DNA from: Eledone cirrhosa
Lineage: Eukaryota
Direction of reading: 5' to 3'
Assembly (NCBI GenBank): GCA_964016885.1
Contig: OZ024760.1
Span: 9,176,001 to 9,240,000 of the forward strand
Length of the DNA stretch: 64,000 nucleotides
The notes below the pieces were generated by a model that worked only from the letters and a program-made list of their open reading frames with translations, did no database searches and was not told the DNA's origin. Of this stretch, positions 1 to 13,009 are shown in pieces; position 1 is the stretch's first letter, and each line of letters starts with the position of its first letter. The position numbers and the translations under genes are program-made.

Positions 1-497
1 ATGAAAGACACTGTCTATGTCATTAGCCCTTTCATTACCATATTTCTAATGAAAGACACTGTCTATGTCATTAACCCTTTCATTACCATATTTCTAATGA
101 AAGACACTGTCTATGTCATTAACCCTTTCATTGCCATATTTCTAATGAAAGACACTGTCTATGTCATTAACCCTTTCATTACCATATTTCTAATGAAAGA
201 CAGTCTATATCATTAGCCCTTTCATTACCATATTTCTAATGAAAGACACTACCTGTCATTAGCCCTTTCATTACCATATTTCTAATGAAAGACACTACCT
301 ATGTCATTAGCCCTTTCATTACCATATTTCTAATGAAAGACACTGCTTATGTCATTAACTCTTTCATGACTATATTTCTAATGAAAGACACTGCTTATGT
401 CATTAACCCTTTCATTACTATATTTCTAATGAAAGACACTGTCTATGCCATTAACCCTTTCATTACCATATTTCTAATGAAAGACACTACCTATCTA
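1..497. repeat. 48-bp minisatellite; same family at 36475-36960 and 38276-38408
   Basis: Unit ATGAAAGACACTGTCTATGTCATTAACCCTTTCATTACCATATTTCTA. Confidence 0.95.
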
Positions 498-1204
498 GAT
501 ATAACTAGTTTTTATTTAGAATTAACAATTTAGCATTTAAACTGGCTGTATCCAGCCAGAATTGGCTCACATCTTTCTGTTCAAACTGGCTGTAACCAAC
601 CACACATACATATGTTAAGGTATTATTCTCAAAATCTCATAGATTCGATACTGTGTAAGATAATTATGTGAAATAAAGTGTTTACTGGGAAAATACAATA
701 GTAAATATAGAGTAATGTAAATGCTAAAGGGTTACACACCTTGCTGTGAAAATATACATGTATGAGCACACTTTTGTTATTCTCTTCAAACACTAAAAGA
801 CATAAGACATTGTCTTTATGTGTTTCAAATCTGGTTGGCTTCTTCTCAGAAAACAAGTAACACTTTAATTTTATACATAGAGAGAATTGACAGCCACTTG
901 CTATTTATGTCAAATACAAGCTACAACATAACTGAAATAGTTTTGACTAAACAGTAAGAAAAATAATCTCTAAAAACCAGTACATTCACGGGCCAGTTGT
1001 TACGGTGTGTTGGTGAGTGAAACTTGGCAAATTAGCTCAATGGTCTGATCAGCAGAATTTTCTTTGATACTTGTTCAATGCAATGCATCAAGTTAAACAA
1101 TATTGTTTAAACAATATTGCAGAAATTCATGAGGCACCTGTAGAAAGGGCAGAAGGCCACCCATTAAATGGTAGCACTGTCCCAGAAATTTATAAAGTGT
1201 ATAT

Positions 1205-1553
1205 GGAAGCACATGGCTTAGTGGTTAGAGCATTGGCCTTGCAATCGGAAGGTTGTGAGTTCAATTCTCAGACCGGGTGATGTGTTGTTTCCTTGAGCAA
1301 GACACTTTATTTCACATTGTTCCAGTTTACTCAGCTGTAGAAATGAGATGATAGGGACTGGGGTCCCTGTCATTCCACTGCGAAGTGGTCGTGGAGGTGC
1401 CACGGCAAAAAAGCACCCAGCACTCACTGTAAATGAGGTTGGTGTTAGGAAGGGCATCCAGCTGTAGAAATCAAGCCAGAATCAGTTCCCGTCCCACCCT
1501 TGCAAGCAGGGAAAAAGCGGACGTAAAATGAAATGATGATGATGATGATGATG
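1205..1553 (+). mobile_element. tRNA-derived SINE (family 1: CORE-like body, RTE-derived tail type A)
   Basis: A box TGGCTTAGTGG, B box GAGTTCAATTC, CCTTGAGCAAGACACTT core, (GAT)n tail; absent from the paralogous empty site at 46706-46712. Confidence 0.9.
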
Positions 1554-1650
1554 TACTCTTACATTCCTGTCAGCTCCAAAAGATGTCATTTGAAAGGCAG
1601 AATTGTATTTTTGGATGTATTTATTGAAGTGTAGTGCCTCCGGTCTATCC

Positions 1651-1687
<37 letters not shown>

Positions 1688-2003
1688 TCTCTCATTGTTA
1701 TGGTGTGTTAGTGAGTGTAACTTGGCAAATTAGCTCAATGGTCTTCATTGGATGTTCAGAGCAGTAGTTCCATCCCATGTATGTGAGCAGGACTTCCGTA
1801 AAGGTTTTACATGTTTCATAGGAAAGCCAGCAATTGAGCTGGGGATCAGGAAGGCTAGCAATTGAACAGGGGATCAGTAATATTAGCAGTGGAGGATTAG
1901 GCAGTATGGAAAATATTGATATTACTACAATATTTCATCCAAGAAATTGAGACAAATAAAACCCCTTAAAATTAGTTCCATCTCAAAAGAAAATAAAGGA
2001 TAC

Positions 2004-2041
2004 AATCACCCAAAGTGACGTGGTCTTTAAATATGGTGTAC
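2004..2041 (-). CDS. UBL5: UBL5 coding exon 3 (38 nt): (W)YTIFKDHVTLGD; final exon (YEIHDG...YY expected) lies left of the window
   Basis: Acceptor ATTTTCCAG, donor GTATCCTTTA (U12-type); phase-consistent; conserved WYTIFKDH motif. No matching last exon found in 1-2003. Confidence 0.94.
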
Positions 2042-2242
2042 CTGGAAAATAAAAATATAACACATAAAAATAATATTCTGCTTTTATTTTATGAAGCAAA
2101 AATTCATTGTCATTTTTATGTTGGCCTTTTCCTCTCTCTCTCTCTCTCTCTTTATGTATATATAAGCAAAAGAATTAGTGAATGAAAGAGTTATAAGCCG
2201 TTAAAACATATCTTTATATAGCTCTTACACTTGTTTCTTATA

Positions 2243-2572
2243 TATCACATAAGAAACAGAGAATCAGATCAGTGGTGCGACGAATAAAATTTATTAGACA
2301 TATTACAATCGTTTCTCTGGCAACCAGCTCGAACCTGACTCTGAAATCGCAAGGTCCTCAGATATGTCTTGATTCTTCGAAGCAGAGTTTCCAAAATTTT
2401 GGAAACTCTGCTTCGAAGAATCGAGACGTAACTGAGGACCTTGTGATTTCAGAGTCAGGTTCGATCATTGCATCGATCGTGCCTCGAGCTGGTCGCCAGA
2501 GAAATGATTGTAATATGTATAATAAATTTTATTTGTTGCACCACTTGATTCTCCGTTTCTTATGTGATATTA
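2243..2572. repeat. Long imperfect inverted repeat (foldback), centre CCAAAATTTTGG
   Basis: ~150-bp arms with no loop; one arm has a short insertion. Confidence 0.9.
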
Positions 2573-2643
2573 TACTCTGTTCTGTAAAAGCATCGAGTGC
2601 TCAAACGGCCTACTGCATACGGACCCTTTAAGCATCCCACACC

Positions 2644-2679
<36 letters not shown>

Positions 2680-3051
2680 CCTCAGTCTATGCTAAAGAAA
2701 AAAAAAAACTTGCCCAAGCTGGCATGGGATTGAACATAGCAAAGTAAGCTACTTAACCATTCAGCCATACCTGTGTTCAACTGGAATACAATCAATAGAA
2801 GAAATAATAACAAAGTATCTAAGGGAAGGAGAAAGTCACTTATGTTGACCCCGGTACATTACTGGTACTTTATTTTATTGACCCCTGGAATGATGAAAAA
2901 GGAGAAATAATGATTTCTACTATGGGCACAAGGCCAGCAATTTGAGGGGAGGGGAAAGTCGACCTGAGTGCATTACTGCTACTTTATCGACCTGCAAAGA
3001 TGAAAGGCAAAGCTAACCTCAAAAAGGAGAAATAATAATAAAGTTTCTTAC

Positions 3052-3135
3052 CATTTTTTCAAAACAATTCTTTCACACCGAGTTCCTGTTTGAGCTGCAA
3101 TTAACTTCTTCAGGTCACCAATGGTGTCATCTTCA
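3052..3135 (-). CDS. UBL5: UBL5 coding exon 2 (84 nt): (N)[27 protein letters not shown](W)
   Basis: Acceptor ...TTTTCTTTAACTAAGTCCTTCAG, donor GTAAGA; in phase with exon 1; contains the UBL5 DD motif and [14 protein letters not shown] signature. Confidence 0.96.
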
Positions 3136-3679
3136 CTGAAGGACTTAGTTAAAGAAAACAACAACAACGGCAGCAACAGTAGTAATTTCATCATTATCAT
3201 TGTTTTTAAGGTCTGTATATTCCCTGACAGGGTTTAGGACCAAACTTTTACTCTATATTTACTATTGTATTTTCACAGTAAAAGCTTTATCTGACTTAAT
3301 ATCAAATCTATGAAATTTTGATATTATTTATTTTGAGAACAATACCTTAACATGAGTATGAGCGGCCGGTTTGGACAGAATGAGGTGAAAGAATTCTGGT
3401 CGGACACGGCCAGTTTAAATACTAAAGGGTTATGGTCCATATATTCCATGACAGGGGTTAGGAGCAGACTTTAAAGGTCCAGATATTCCATAATAGGAGT
3501 AAAGGCCCATATATTCTATGACATAAATTACGAGACATTTAAGGTCCGTATATTCCATGACAAGGGCTAGGACCAGGTTTCTGAAGCAAGTTTTCTCAAC
3601 ACCAACCTAAAACTTATTTTTTATGTATGGTATATAAAAAACTTGTGAGACAGTTGGAGAGCAAAGGACGAAATTGTCA

Positions 3680-4165
3680 GCGATGTGTTGCTGTGGACAA
3701 CATGACTTGGACATTCCAATGTGGGCAGACCTCACAGAACCTACATTAATGAAACAGCCAGTGATGTGTTAGTGAGGTCACCAAGACTTGGACATCTCAA
3801 TGTGGGCAGCCCTCACAGAACCTACATTAATGAAACTGTTGGTGGTGTGTTGTTATGGTCACCAAGACTTAGACATTGCAATGTGGGCAGACCTCACAGA
3901 ACCTACATCAATGAAACTGCCAGGTGGTGGTGGTGTTATACTGTGGGACAGATTAAGTCTACCACCCAAGGACCATATGGTGTTCTTATACTGGGTGACA
4001 TTAAACCTACCACCCAAGGGACAGGTGGTGGTGATGTTATACTGAGTGACAGATTAAGTCTACCACCCAAGGACCAGGTGGTGTTATACTGTGTGACAGA
4101 TTAAGTCTACCACCCAAGGACCATATGGTGGTGTTATACTGGGTAACATTAAACCTACCACCCAA
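3680..4165. repeat. Two adjacent tandem arrays (~81 bp x3, LINE-ORF-derived; then ~45 bp)
   Basis: First array translates DVLLW.P..GH..VGRPHRTYI, like the RTE-group C-terminus at 28310-28380. Confidence 0.75.
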
Positions 4166-4904
4166 AAAGAGGTGTATATAACTAATTCAATCTTAGTATT
4201 TGACTGACTTCTATTTTATTGACCCTAAATACTGTATGGCCCTTGCCTAAAAAAGTTCACTTGTGTCAAGCAGTATCCTACGGATAATATGGGTTGTGGG
4301 AAACTTGTAATAAAAAAAAACATTTGTAAAATACACAAAAAGAACCCAGTACACACTGTAAAGTGGTCGTGTAGGTGTCACGACATAAAGCACCCAGTAC
4401 ACACTGTAAAGTAGCCATGTAGGTGTCACAACAAAAAGCACCCAGTCCCCACTGTAAAGTGGTCATGTAGGTGTCACAACAAAAAGCACCCAGTACACAC
4501 TGTAAAGTGGTCATGTAGGTGTCACAACAAAAAGCACCCAGTACACACTGTAAAGTGGTCATGTAAGTGTCACAACAAAAAACATCCAGTCAACACTGTA
4601 AAATGGTTGGTGTTAGAAAGGGCATCCAGCTGTAGAAATCTAGCCAGAAACAGTTCTGTATGAGCAGGATATGGTCACCTGACCCAAGCCGCCTCAAATG
4701 AGACAACCCGCCTAACCCATGCTAGCGTGGAAGGTGGACGTAAAATGGTGATGATGATGACATAAAAACAATAAATGTAAGAAGATAATTATCACAATTT
4801 CTAGTTCCTTTTACCCATACTGGCATGGGTTGGACAGGTTTGTTACACACCTCTGTAATCTAATGTTATAATACACAAAATAAAGGGGCCTAACCGGAGA
4901 TAAC

Positions 4905-5750
4905 CACATGTGACAATGTAGGAACTCCTGTATTATATAACTACTACATGTGACAATGTAGGAACCCCTGTACTATATAACTACTACATGTGACAATGTA
5001 GGTACCCCTGTACTATATAACTACTACATGTAACAATGTAGGCACCCCTGTACTATATAACTACTACATGTGACAATATAGAGACCCCTGTACTATATAA
5101 CTACTACATGTAACAATGTAGGAACAGCTGTACTATACAACTACCACATGTGACAATATAGAGACCCCTGTACTATATAACTACCACATGTGACAATGTA
5201 GGCACCCCTGTACTATATAACTACATGTGACAATGTAGGCACCCCTGGACTATATAACTACTACATGTGACAATGTAGGTACCCCTGTACTATATAACTA
5301 CCACATGTGACAATGTAGGCACCCCTGTACTATATAACTACTACATGTGACAATGTAGGAACCCCTGTACTATATAACTACCACATGTGACAATATAGAG
5401 ACCCCTGTACTATATAACTACTACATGTGACAATGTAGGAACCCCTGTACTATATAACTACTACATGTGACAATGTAGGCACCCCTGGACTATATAACTA
5501 CTACATGTGACAACGTAGGTACCCCTGTACTATATAACTACTACATGTGACAACGTAGGTACCCATGTACTATATAACTATATGTAACAATGTAGGTACC
5601 ACTATACTATATAACTACACGTGGCAATATAGTGACCCCTGTTCTATATAACCACACATAAAGGGGGCAATGTTGGTAGCCCCCTGTTCTATATAACCAC
5701 ACATAAAGGGGGCAATGTTGGTAGCCCCCTGTTCTATATGACCACACATA
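4905..5750. repeat. ~39-bp minisatellite in UBL5 U12 intron
   Basis: Unit CTACATGTGACAATGTAGGAACCCCTGTACTATATAACTA-like. Confidence 0.92.
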
Positions 5751-5825
5751 AATGTGGTTAAAAAGAAAGTTGGAAACGGCTGTAATAAAGAAAAAAGGTG
5801 AGAACATGTTGCGATGGAAGGATAC

Positions 5826-5881
5826 TTGCATTTCACTCTGACTTTCTTACCAAGACGGTCATTACACGTTATCTCCAGCAT
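5826..5881 (-). CDS. UBL5: Ubiquitin-like protein 5 (Hub1), first coding exon (56 nt): MLEITCNDRLGKKVRVKC(N)
   Basis: ATG at 5881-5879; peptide matches the highly conserved UBL5/Hub1 N-terminus; followed by donor GTATCCTTCC (U12-type). Confidence 0.96.
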
Positions 5882-7399
5882 CTTTGAATCACCACAGCGG
5901 AACACGAACAAAGACAAAGAAACAATATAATTAAATTATTAATCAAAGCATGTCAACCATTTTAATCAGTTCTTCCGCAATCATCGCCATCATTTCAAAT
6001 ACTGTCAATCATCGATTTATGTCCGTTGTCCCAGGCTGACATGGATTGGACACTGATGGACTACTATCAGACCTGTTAACGCTCTCCATCCGACGGGGAG
6101 ATCTCCCACACACTTTGGAAAATGGGCATAGCTTTCATTATGTAAAATCTCCCCCATTTTGCCTCATTTTCCCCCCGTTTGGATGCATTTCCTTTTTCAT
6201 GGTACTCTCTGTTTGGGTTTTTAGAGTTTGGAAGGTCTATACTATGGCTAGAAGAGTTAACTGTTAGATAACGTTTGTTTAAATTTGAAATACTGAGTAA
6301 TAACGACGAAGCGCCGATTAGTAGAAGCTCTGCTCCAGCCTCTGTTTACATCCAGCATTGTCTAAAGGCGGCGTGATGGAAGACACATATTTTGTCTATA
6401 AAATGTGAGGACAAAGTACTAGTAAGAGTCATGTTTGTTGAAAGCCAGAGGCAATTCTAATTAAATGTTGTAATTGAATAATAATTAAGTCTGAAAAGTT
6501 ACAGCAGAATTTTTCGACATCAACAGAAACACGTGAAAAGAAAGTTAAAATTGATAAAAACTAACTTTAGTTTGGAAATTCTTATTGTCAAGCTAGCATT
6601 CAATATTTTGTAATAAGAATATCAATATTACAAAGATCATTAAAAATTGGAAGTTAATAAATTTAAAAGTAAATTAATAAATTTAACAAGAAATAATATT
6701 GAAAGGTACTCACGTTTTTTTTATACAAGGAAGAATGACTGAATACAGAGCTAGGAGAAATAAAGTTTCGTATTTTTTAAATTGTTCATTTCAAACATAT
6801 TAACAATATTGTTTTATATTAGTTTATACTGGTTTATATTGCGTTGTTGTTGCTTGCATGGCGTTTTATTAGGTTTTGGACGAATACAATTTTTACTGAA
6901 TAAAAAAAATGAAAAAAGAAATTTTCATCAGACACGACAATTACCGCCAAGACATTTTGTTGAATAAAATAGCAATATTCTTAGAATTTAATTTAATTTA
7001 ATGAAAACTTATAGAATTAATTCGAATATCATTATATATATATATATATACTTGTGCATGTACTAAAATATTTACAAGTTGTCATTTATTTAACCCTAGG
7101 TCAGAGATACTTAAGCAAATCGATGATCAAGACATTCCTAGCGTGACCCTCCGTTATAAAGTGCAAGCTATAGGATGCTATCTCCAGCAAGTTATATTTT
7201 ACAAGTATTTACAGATTAAATGAAGGAATTTTAAGCTAGAATTTTAAATGGAGTTTCGTATTTCTAGATTATTCTTTTGTATTACCGTCTTTTTTTAAAA
7301 AATGATGGCGGAGTGTTGGCTTTTAGAGAAAGGGAGAGAAGGAGTATGTGTGAGTGAATTATGAGGTTTATGTGTGCGGTGGATGTAATATAGGTTCTT

Positions 7400-7980
7400 T
7401 TTCTTCTTCGCCCACTTATTCCTGAGAGGGTCGTGGAGCCAGAGTCCTCAAACACTCCTTCCAGCAGGTCCTGCCAGAAGTTTTTTACCTGGTTCAGTGA
7501 AACGCCATTCACATGTAGTGTGCACAGTTTAGGCTTCCTTGAGGGGACGAATGTTTCAGTCTTCACAGCACTGATTTTCATCCCAGTCATGCAGCTCTCG
7601 GCATCAAATCTATCAACTGCATGTTGGAGATCACCCTCTGATGAGTTAAGTAATACCATGTCATCTGCAAATTCAAGCCAACTAATCCTAAACCTGCTAG
7701 TCTTCATATCACTTGTAACCCAGCTGAAGATTATGGACAGAAGAGTGGCAATACACACCCTTGGTGGAGTTTGACACCCACATTGAATGGTTTCAATTTA
7801 ACACCATTTATCCAAACACATATAATACAGGATTTATATAGGGACTTCAGGGTAACAAGAAGCTATTGACTTTATATTCATGCTGAACCTTCCACAACAA
7901 GTATTGTGTAATATGGTCATACGAAACAAGCATACATCTCTTGGCAATACTCACACAATTTCTCAAAGACCTGGTGCAGT
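7400..7980 (-). mobile_element. Decayed, internally deleted RTE-like LINE with (GAA)n tail
   Basis: LEFADDMVLL RT motif; tail CTTCTTCGCCCACTTATTCCTGAGAGGG shared with 31360 and 38162. Confidence 0.8.
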
Positions 7981-10229
7981 GTAAATATGTATACATATCA
8001 TCATCATCACATTTTAATGTCCATTTTCCATGCTAACATGGGTTAGACAAGTTGTCCCATAGTGTGACCACCCAGATGACCATGTCTTGCTCATACAAAA
8101 CAGATTTTGGCTTGGTTTCTACGGCTAGATGCCCTTCCTAACGCCAACCACATTTACAGAGTGTACTGGGTGAATAATCAATCATCTGGAGGTACCATTG
8201 GTCACGATCAGATCCAACTTTGGAATCAATAGTTCATCAATAGAGTGGATTTTCAAATGTATGAAATTATCACCTCCACACCATTATATATACATGTACA
8301 GTGCCGTCATTTGTAATATCAGTTTTAGCATTTAAACCGGCCATATCCGGCCAGAATTCTCTCACCTCTTTCTATTCAAACTGCCCATAACCAGTTGCTC
8401 ATACTTATGTTGCGGTATTGTTCTCAAAATAAACAATATCAAAATCTCCTAGATTCGATATTATGTGAGATAATTATATGAAATAAAGCCTTTGCTGTGA
8501 AAATACAAAAGTATATGCCCCCCCACATCCCCCACTGCAAGGTGGTCGTGGAGGTGCCACGGCAAAAAAGCACCCAGTCCACACTGAAAAGTGGACCAGC
8601 ACTCACTGTAAATGAGGTTGGTGTTAGGAAGGGCATCCAGCTGTAGAAATCAAGCCAAATCAGTTCCTGTATGAGCAAGGCATTGTCAGCTGACCAGACA
8701 CTGCCCACAACAGGACAACCCGTCTAACCCATGCTAGCGTGGAAGAACGGACGTGAAACGGTGATGATGATGATGATGATGATAATATATATAGAGTAAT
8801 GTAAATGGTAAAGGGTTAAAGATCAAAGGTTGTAGGTAGGGGGTGTTAATTACCAGCAGCAGCAAGTTCAACAAATAGGTACACAATAAGGAATAAATAA
8901 ATAAATGATAATAATAATAATAATAATCAGAATTCAAAGGAAGTTTCATATAATGATGATTTCTAGTATAGGCACAAGGCCAGTAATTTGGGGGGAGGGG
9001 AAAGTAGATTAAATCGACCCCAGTGCATTACTGGTACTTTATTTTATCGACCCCTATAAGGATGAAAGGCAAAGTTAACCTCAGTGGGATTTGAACTCAG
9101 AGTGTAAAGGGCCGCAGCTCTATGCTGCAAGGCAGGGTGTCCGACGCTCTACTGATACTGCCAAAGCACCGCCTTTTTTAAATAATATTAATGATAATAA
9201 TTATCATCATTTCATTATTAACCACAAAGGGTTCACATTAAGAAAACATTAAGGATGGCACAGTGTGAGTTTTGGCATGTAAAAAGTTTTTAACAAAAAG
9301 AAAGTAAACATGTAAAAATTTCAAGCAAAAACAAATTCCCCAATAGGAGGGACTTCTGAGGGTCACTTGTGGAGAAAGCCCACAAAAAGTCACAATCACC
9401 CTGACCATTAGAGCACAGCTGTCCTCCTCCAATTTACAGGTGTATACTCAGAGTAGGCCTATTCACTCAGACCATGCTTGCCACTCTCATCCACCTTTCA
9501 ACAAACTGGATGGAAGTCAGTACTCCCCTCCCCACCCTGATTTTCCTCTTTCATCTCCAAATAAAACCCAGAAAAAGTTAATCAGGGCTTTGCCAAAGAG
9601 GAAAGGGGTTATGTTGACATATTATACTTGTCATGTAAGAAAGGAGGAAGAGGATTCATCAGTAGGATGTGAGAGCAGAAGAGAATGGTGTAGTTTGGTA
9701 TATAAAGAATGATTCTGAACAATTGATGTTGGAAGTGAAAAAATCAAATGTGTTAAAAATTGGAGATTGAAAAGGAAAAACAGAATATAGAAAAGAAAAA
9801 CTAAAAGGCGATGGAAAGAAACAAGGATGAATTGTTTAAGTATTCATTCTTGATATACATAAGCAAAACCTTATCTACCTTCACATATATCGATCGACAG
9901 TCAATAGACTTTCGTCAAATCAGACTGAAGAGACAATGTTTCCATTGGTCTTTCCAATTGCTAATACTTTCTATCAGTCGCAACTCCAGGTAGAAGGAGT
10001 AACGTGAAGTAAAGTGTCTTGCCCAAGGACACGAAAAGACAATATTCAGAAGCTTTGCACGAAGCACTCAATAAGAAGATATCGACAAATCGATATGTTA
10101 CATCTCAGAGCAATAAACATATGTTAAAAGGCGTGACAAATTGAAAATTGTGGTTAAGGCGACAAAGCCACAGAAGCCACCACAACAACAAAAATACAAT
10201 CGGGTTAATATATATATATATGATTATAT

Positions 10230-10613
10230 ATGGCTTAGTGGTTAGAGCATTGGGCTTGCAATTGAAAGGTTGTGAGTTCAATTCTCAGATCGGGTGAAGT
10301 GTTGTTCCCTTGAGCAAGACACTTTATTTCACATTGCTCCAGTTTACTCAGCTGTAGAAATGAGATGATAGGGACTGGGGTCCCTATCATTCCACTGCAA
10401 AGTGGACGTGTAGGTGCCACGGCAAAAAAGCACAGTCCACACTGTAAAGTGGACGTGTAGGCGCCACGGGAAAAAAGCACCCAGCCCACACTGTAAATGA
10501 GGTTGGTGTTAGGAAGGGCATCCAGCTGTAGAAATCAAGCCAGAATCAGTTCCCGTCCCACCCTTGCAAGCAGGGAAAAGTGGACATAAAATGATGATGA
10601 TGATGATGATGAT
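10230..10613 (+). mobile_element. SINE family 1, tail type A
   Basis: Near-identical to 1205-1553. Confidence 0.88.
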
Positions 10614-10619
10614 ATGTAT

Positions 10620-11632
10620 ATAGAGTCAGAACTTGTTGGAAAAAGTTCAGAGAGCTTATACCACTATTAGCTGCTAAAGGGTTCTCCCTAAAAATGAAAG
10701 GCAGGTTGTACGATGCCTGCATACGAACAGCAATACTGCATGGCAGTGAGACCTGGGCATTGTGTGCAGAGGATATACGCAGACTAGAGAGGAACGAAGC
10801 TTGCATGCTCCACTGGATGTGTAACAGTAATATACGTGAACGGCAAAGCATAAACGAACTAAGGAAAAAATTAGAGATAAGAGGGATCAGATGTTGTTTA
10901 CTCGAGAGAAGGCTACGTTGGTATGGACACGTGATGCACATGAAAGTCGATAGCTGTATAACAAAGTGCAGGGCAATAAAGATAGACGGTAGTCACGGAA
11001 TAGGCAGACCTAGAAAAACCTGGGACGAGCTGATAAACTCCGACATCACACACTTACACCTCTCCAAGACAATGTCACTGGACCGAGACCTTTGGCGGTA
11101 CTCAGTAACAGAGAAGACCCGCCTTACCTAAATATATAGTAAAACCTACTCCAACCAGTAGGCATCTCTAACAAAATACACCCCGTCCCACCACCACCAC
11201 CCCCACCCCATCCACACCACCCCGTTCTATGTAAAGTTATGTTGGTGCCGCGCCATAGGCCGAAACAAATGAGATCGTGTAGGTGTCACGACAAAAAAAC
11301 ACACAGTCCACGCTGTAATGTGGCCGTGTAGGCAACACGGTAAAAACCTCCCAGACCCACACTGTAAATGTGGTTGGTGTTAGGAAGGGCATCCAACTGT
11401 AGAAAACCTGCCAGACAGTCCACGCTGTAATGTGGCCGTGTAGGCAACATGGTAAAAACCTCCCAGACCCACACTGTAAATGTGGTTGGTGTTAGGAAGG
11501 GCATCCAACTGTAGAAAACCTGCCAGACAGTCCTATGCGAGCAAGACAATCACTCTTGCCTCAAGTGGGACTACCCCCGTCCAAACCCATGCAAGCGTGG
11601 AACATGGACGTTAAACGTTGATGATGATGATG
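10620..11632 (+). mobile_element. 3' fragment of a related RTE LINE subfamily with its own 3' UTR and (GAT)n tail
   Basis: ORF 10694-11131 is highly similar to the C-terminus of the 21216 ORF; the same UTR recurs at 43195-43493 (+), 25995-26230 (-) and 55222-55590 (-). Confidence 0.9.
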
Positions 11633-12690
11633 ATATATGTGTATGTAGCAAAATCCATAGGTGTGAACATAGGAAAAAAGAAAACAGAGCTCAATCAAGA
11701 AGAGATCTGAAATACATTCTTTATTTATGCTCATACACAGAATAAAAGTGCCACCTAAGGTTTCATGGTCCAATATTGACCATATCTCCAGATCTCCAGA
11801 TTGTAAGAGGGATCAAAATTGAAGTGCCTGAAGATTAGGTCTCAAATTTGATTCTGAAAGGATAAGAGATAATCTTGATTGAACTCACAGTCACATGAGA
11901 AGAGGATTACGGCAGTGCCCTTTCGTGAAAGAGTACCAAACATCAAGAACTTGTGTAGGAAGAAAGGCTGGTTGGTATGGCTATTTCTAGTCGAGGTGGG
12001 CTGCAGGGGATTCCTGGCTCACTCAGTATGGAGAATGTTGACTACTATTGGAATGACGGGAAGAGAGAAGAAGACTGCAGTTCGCAAGATGGGCGAGACA
12101 GCAGAAAGGGCCTCTTGTTTGCTTTGGGTCAGGAGAGAGGAGATAAGGTGGAAGGAGGAAAGATGGGCAGTAATTTGACGACCACTGCTGACCCACCAGC
12201 GAGAGAGTGTTATGGTTGAGGGTTGCAATACTCAATGAACATTGGACACTGATGACATCAATGCCTCATGGCCAAGGTTATGTTGACCAAAGGTGAATGA
12301 ATGTGAGACATCTTGAGGATGTAATTATGCCTAGATATATATATAAGGTGTCTAAGTATGTATTTTTTTTTAATGGTCTGTAACTCTTGAGGGAGTCGTA
12401 GGGGCGCCGTATTGACATACGGTGTTTCTTAAGCATTTTAAGCCTGGCGGAGCCCATCCCTCTCCAGACCTGAGTACAACAGATTCTTCCAGAGAAAGAT
12501 AGAAAGAACGAGAGAGGAAATGAGAAAGAGATTTAGAGGAAGAATCAACCCAGTACTAGACTGGTACTTTTTTTAGCGACATTGAAAGGATAAAAGGCAA
12601 AGTTGACCTCGGCGGGATTTGAGCTCAGAGAGCAGTGAACCGGTAAGAATACCATAAAGCATTCTATCCAAAGTTTTAATGACTCTAAGG

Positions 12691-13009
12691 CAGGGGTGTG
12701 CAACATATTCCATTGGCGGGCCACTTTTAAACATTGGAACAACTATTAAGGCCATTAATATTTATTTAGCACTATTCCAAAGATTCACCACAACTTCTTT
12801 CCATAATATGGAACTGGGAAATTATATAACACACATAACCCTATCAGTGAAGCCCTTTATTAGAGGTCAACTAACAGAAAATTGTATTACGGTTACGAAA
12901 AAATTTCTAAATAAGCTAACAAGGTAAAAATTAAAAATGGTCATTGTGGGCCCTCTGAATGGTCTGAGGTCCGGATTGTGGCCCACGGGCTGCCTGTTGC
13001 ACGCCCCTG
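12691..13009. mobile_element. hAT-like MITE
   Basis: TIRs CAGGGGTGTGCAAC / GTTGCACGCCCCTG; subterminal GGCCC motifs. Confidence 0.72.

Larger units (their letters stand above)
1..2003 (-). other. Second U12-type intron of UBL5 (3' end outside window)
   Basis: 5' site GTATCCTTT directly after the 38-nt exon; branch site not visible in window. Confidence 0.8.
3136..5825 (-). other. U12-type (minor spliceosome) GT-AG intron of UBL5
   Basis: 5' site GTATCCTT; branch-site-like TTTTCTTTAAC (3158-3148) about 14 nt upstream of the AG. Confidence 0.9.

Noticed and set aside
1-533. Repetitive hydrophobic ORFs (MKDTVYVINPF...)n, also 36503-37012
   Set aside because: Translation of a 48-bp minisatellite lying in introns; no splice or homology support.
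1205-1280. tRNA-like sequence with A and B boxes
   Set aside because: It is the head of a multi-copy SINE, with no proper acceptor stem or terminator.
1071-1280. ORF NNIAEIHEAPVERAEGHPL conserved in two copies (also 46601)
   Set aside because: Similarity reflects DNA-level duplication; the frame is disrupted by a SINE and no protein family is recognisable.
6700-6960. Candidate UBL5 5' UTR exon (minus-strand GTGAGT at 6713-6708)
   Set aside because: Non-coding, so it cannot be validated from sequence alone.
11780-12330. Cluster of short overlapping ORFs in GC-richer sequence
   Set aside because: No recognisable motif or splice structure; probably an old repeat remnant I cannot classify.
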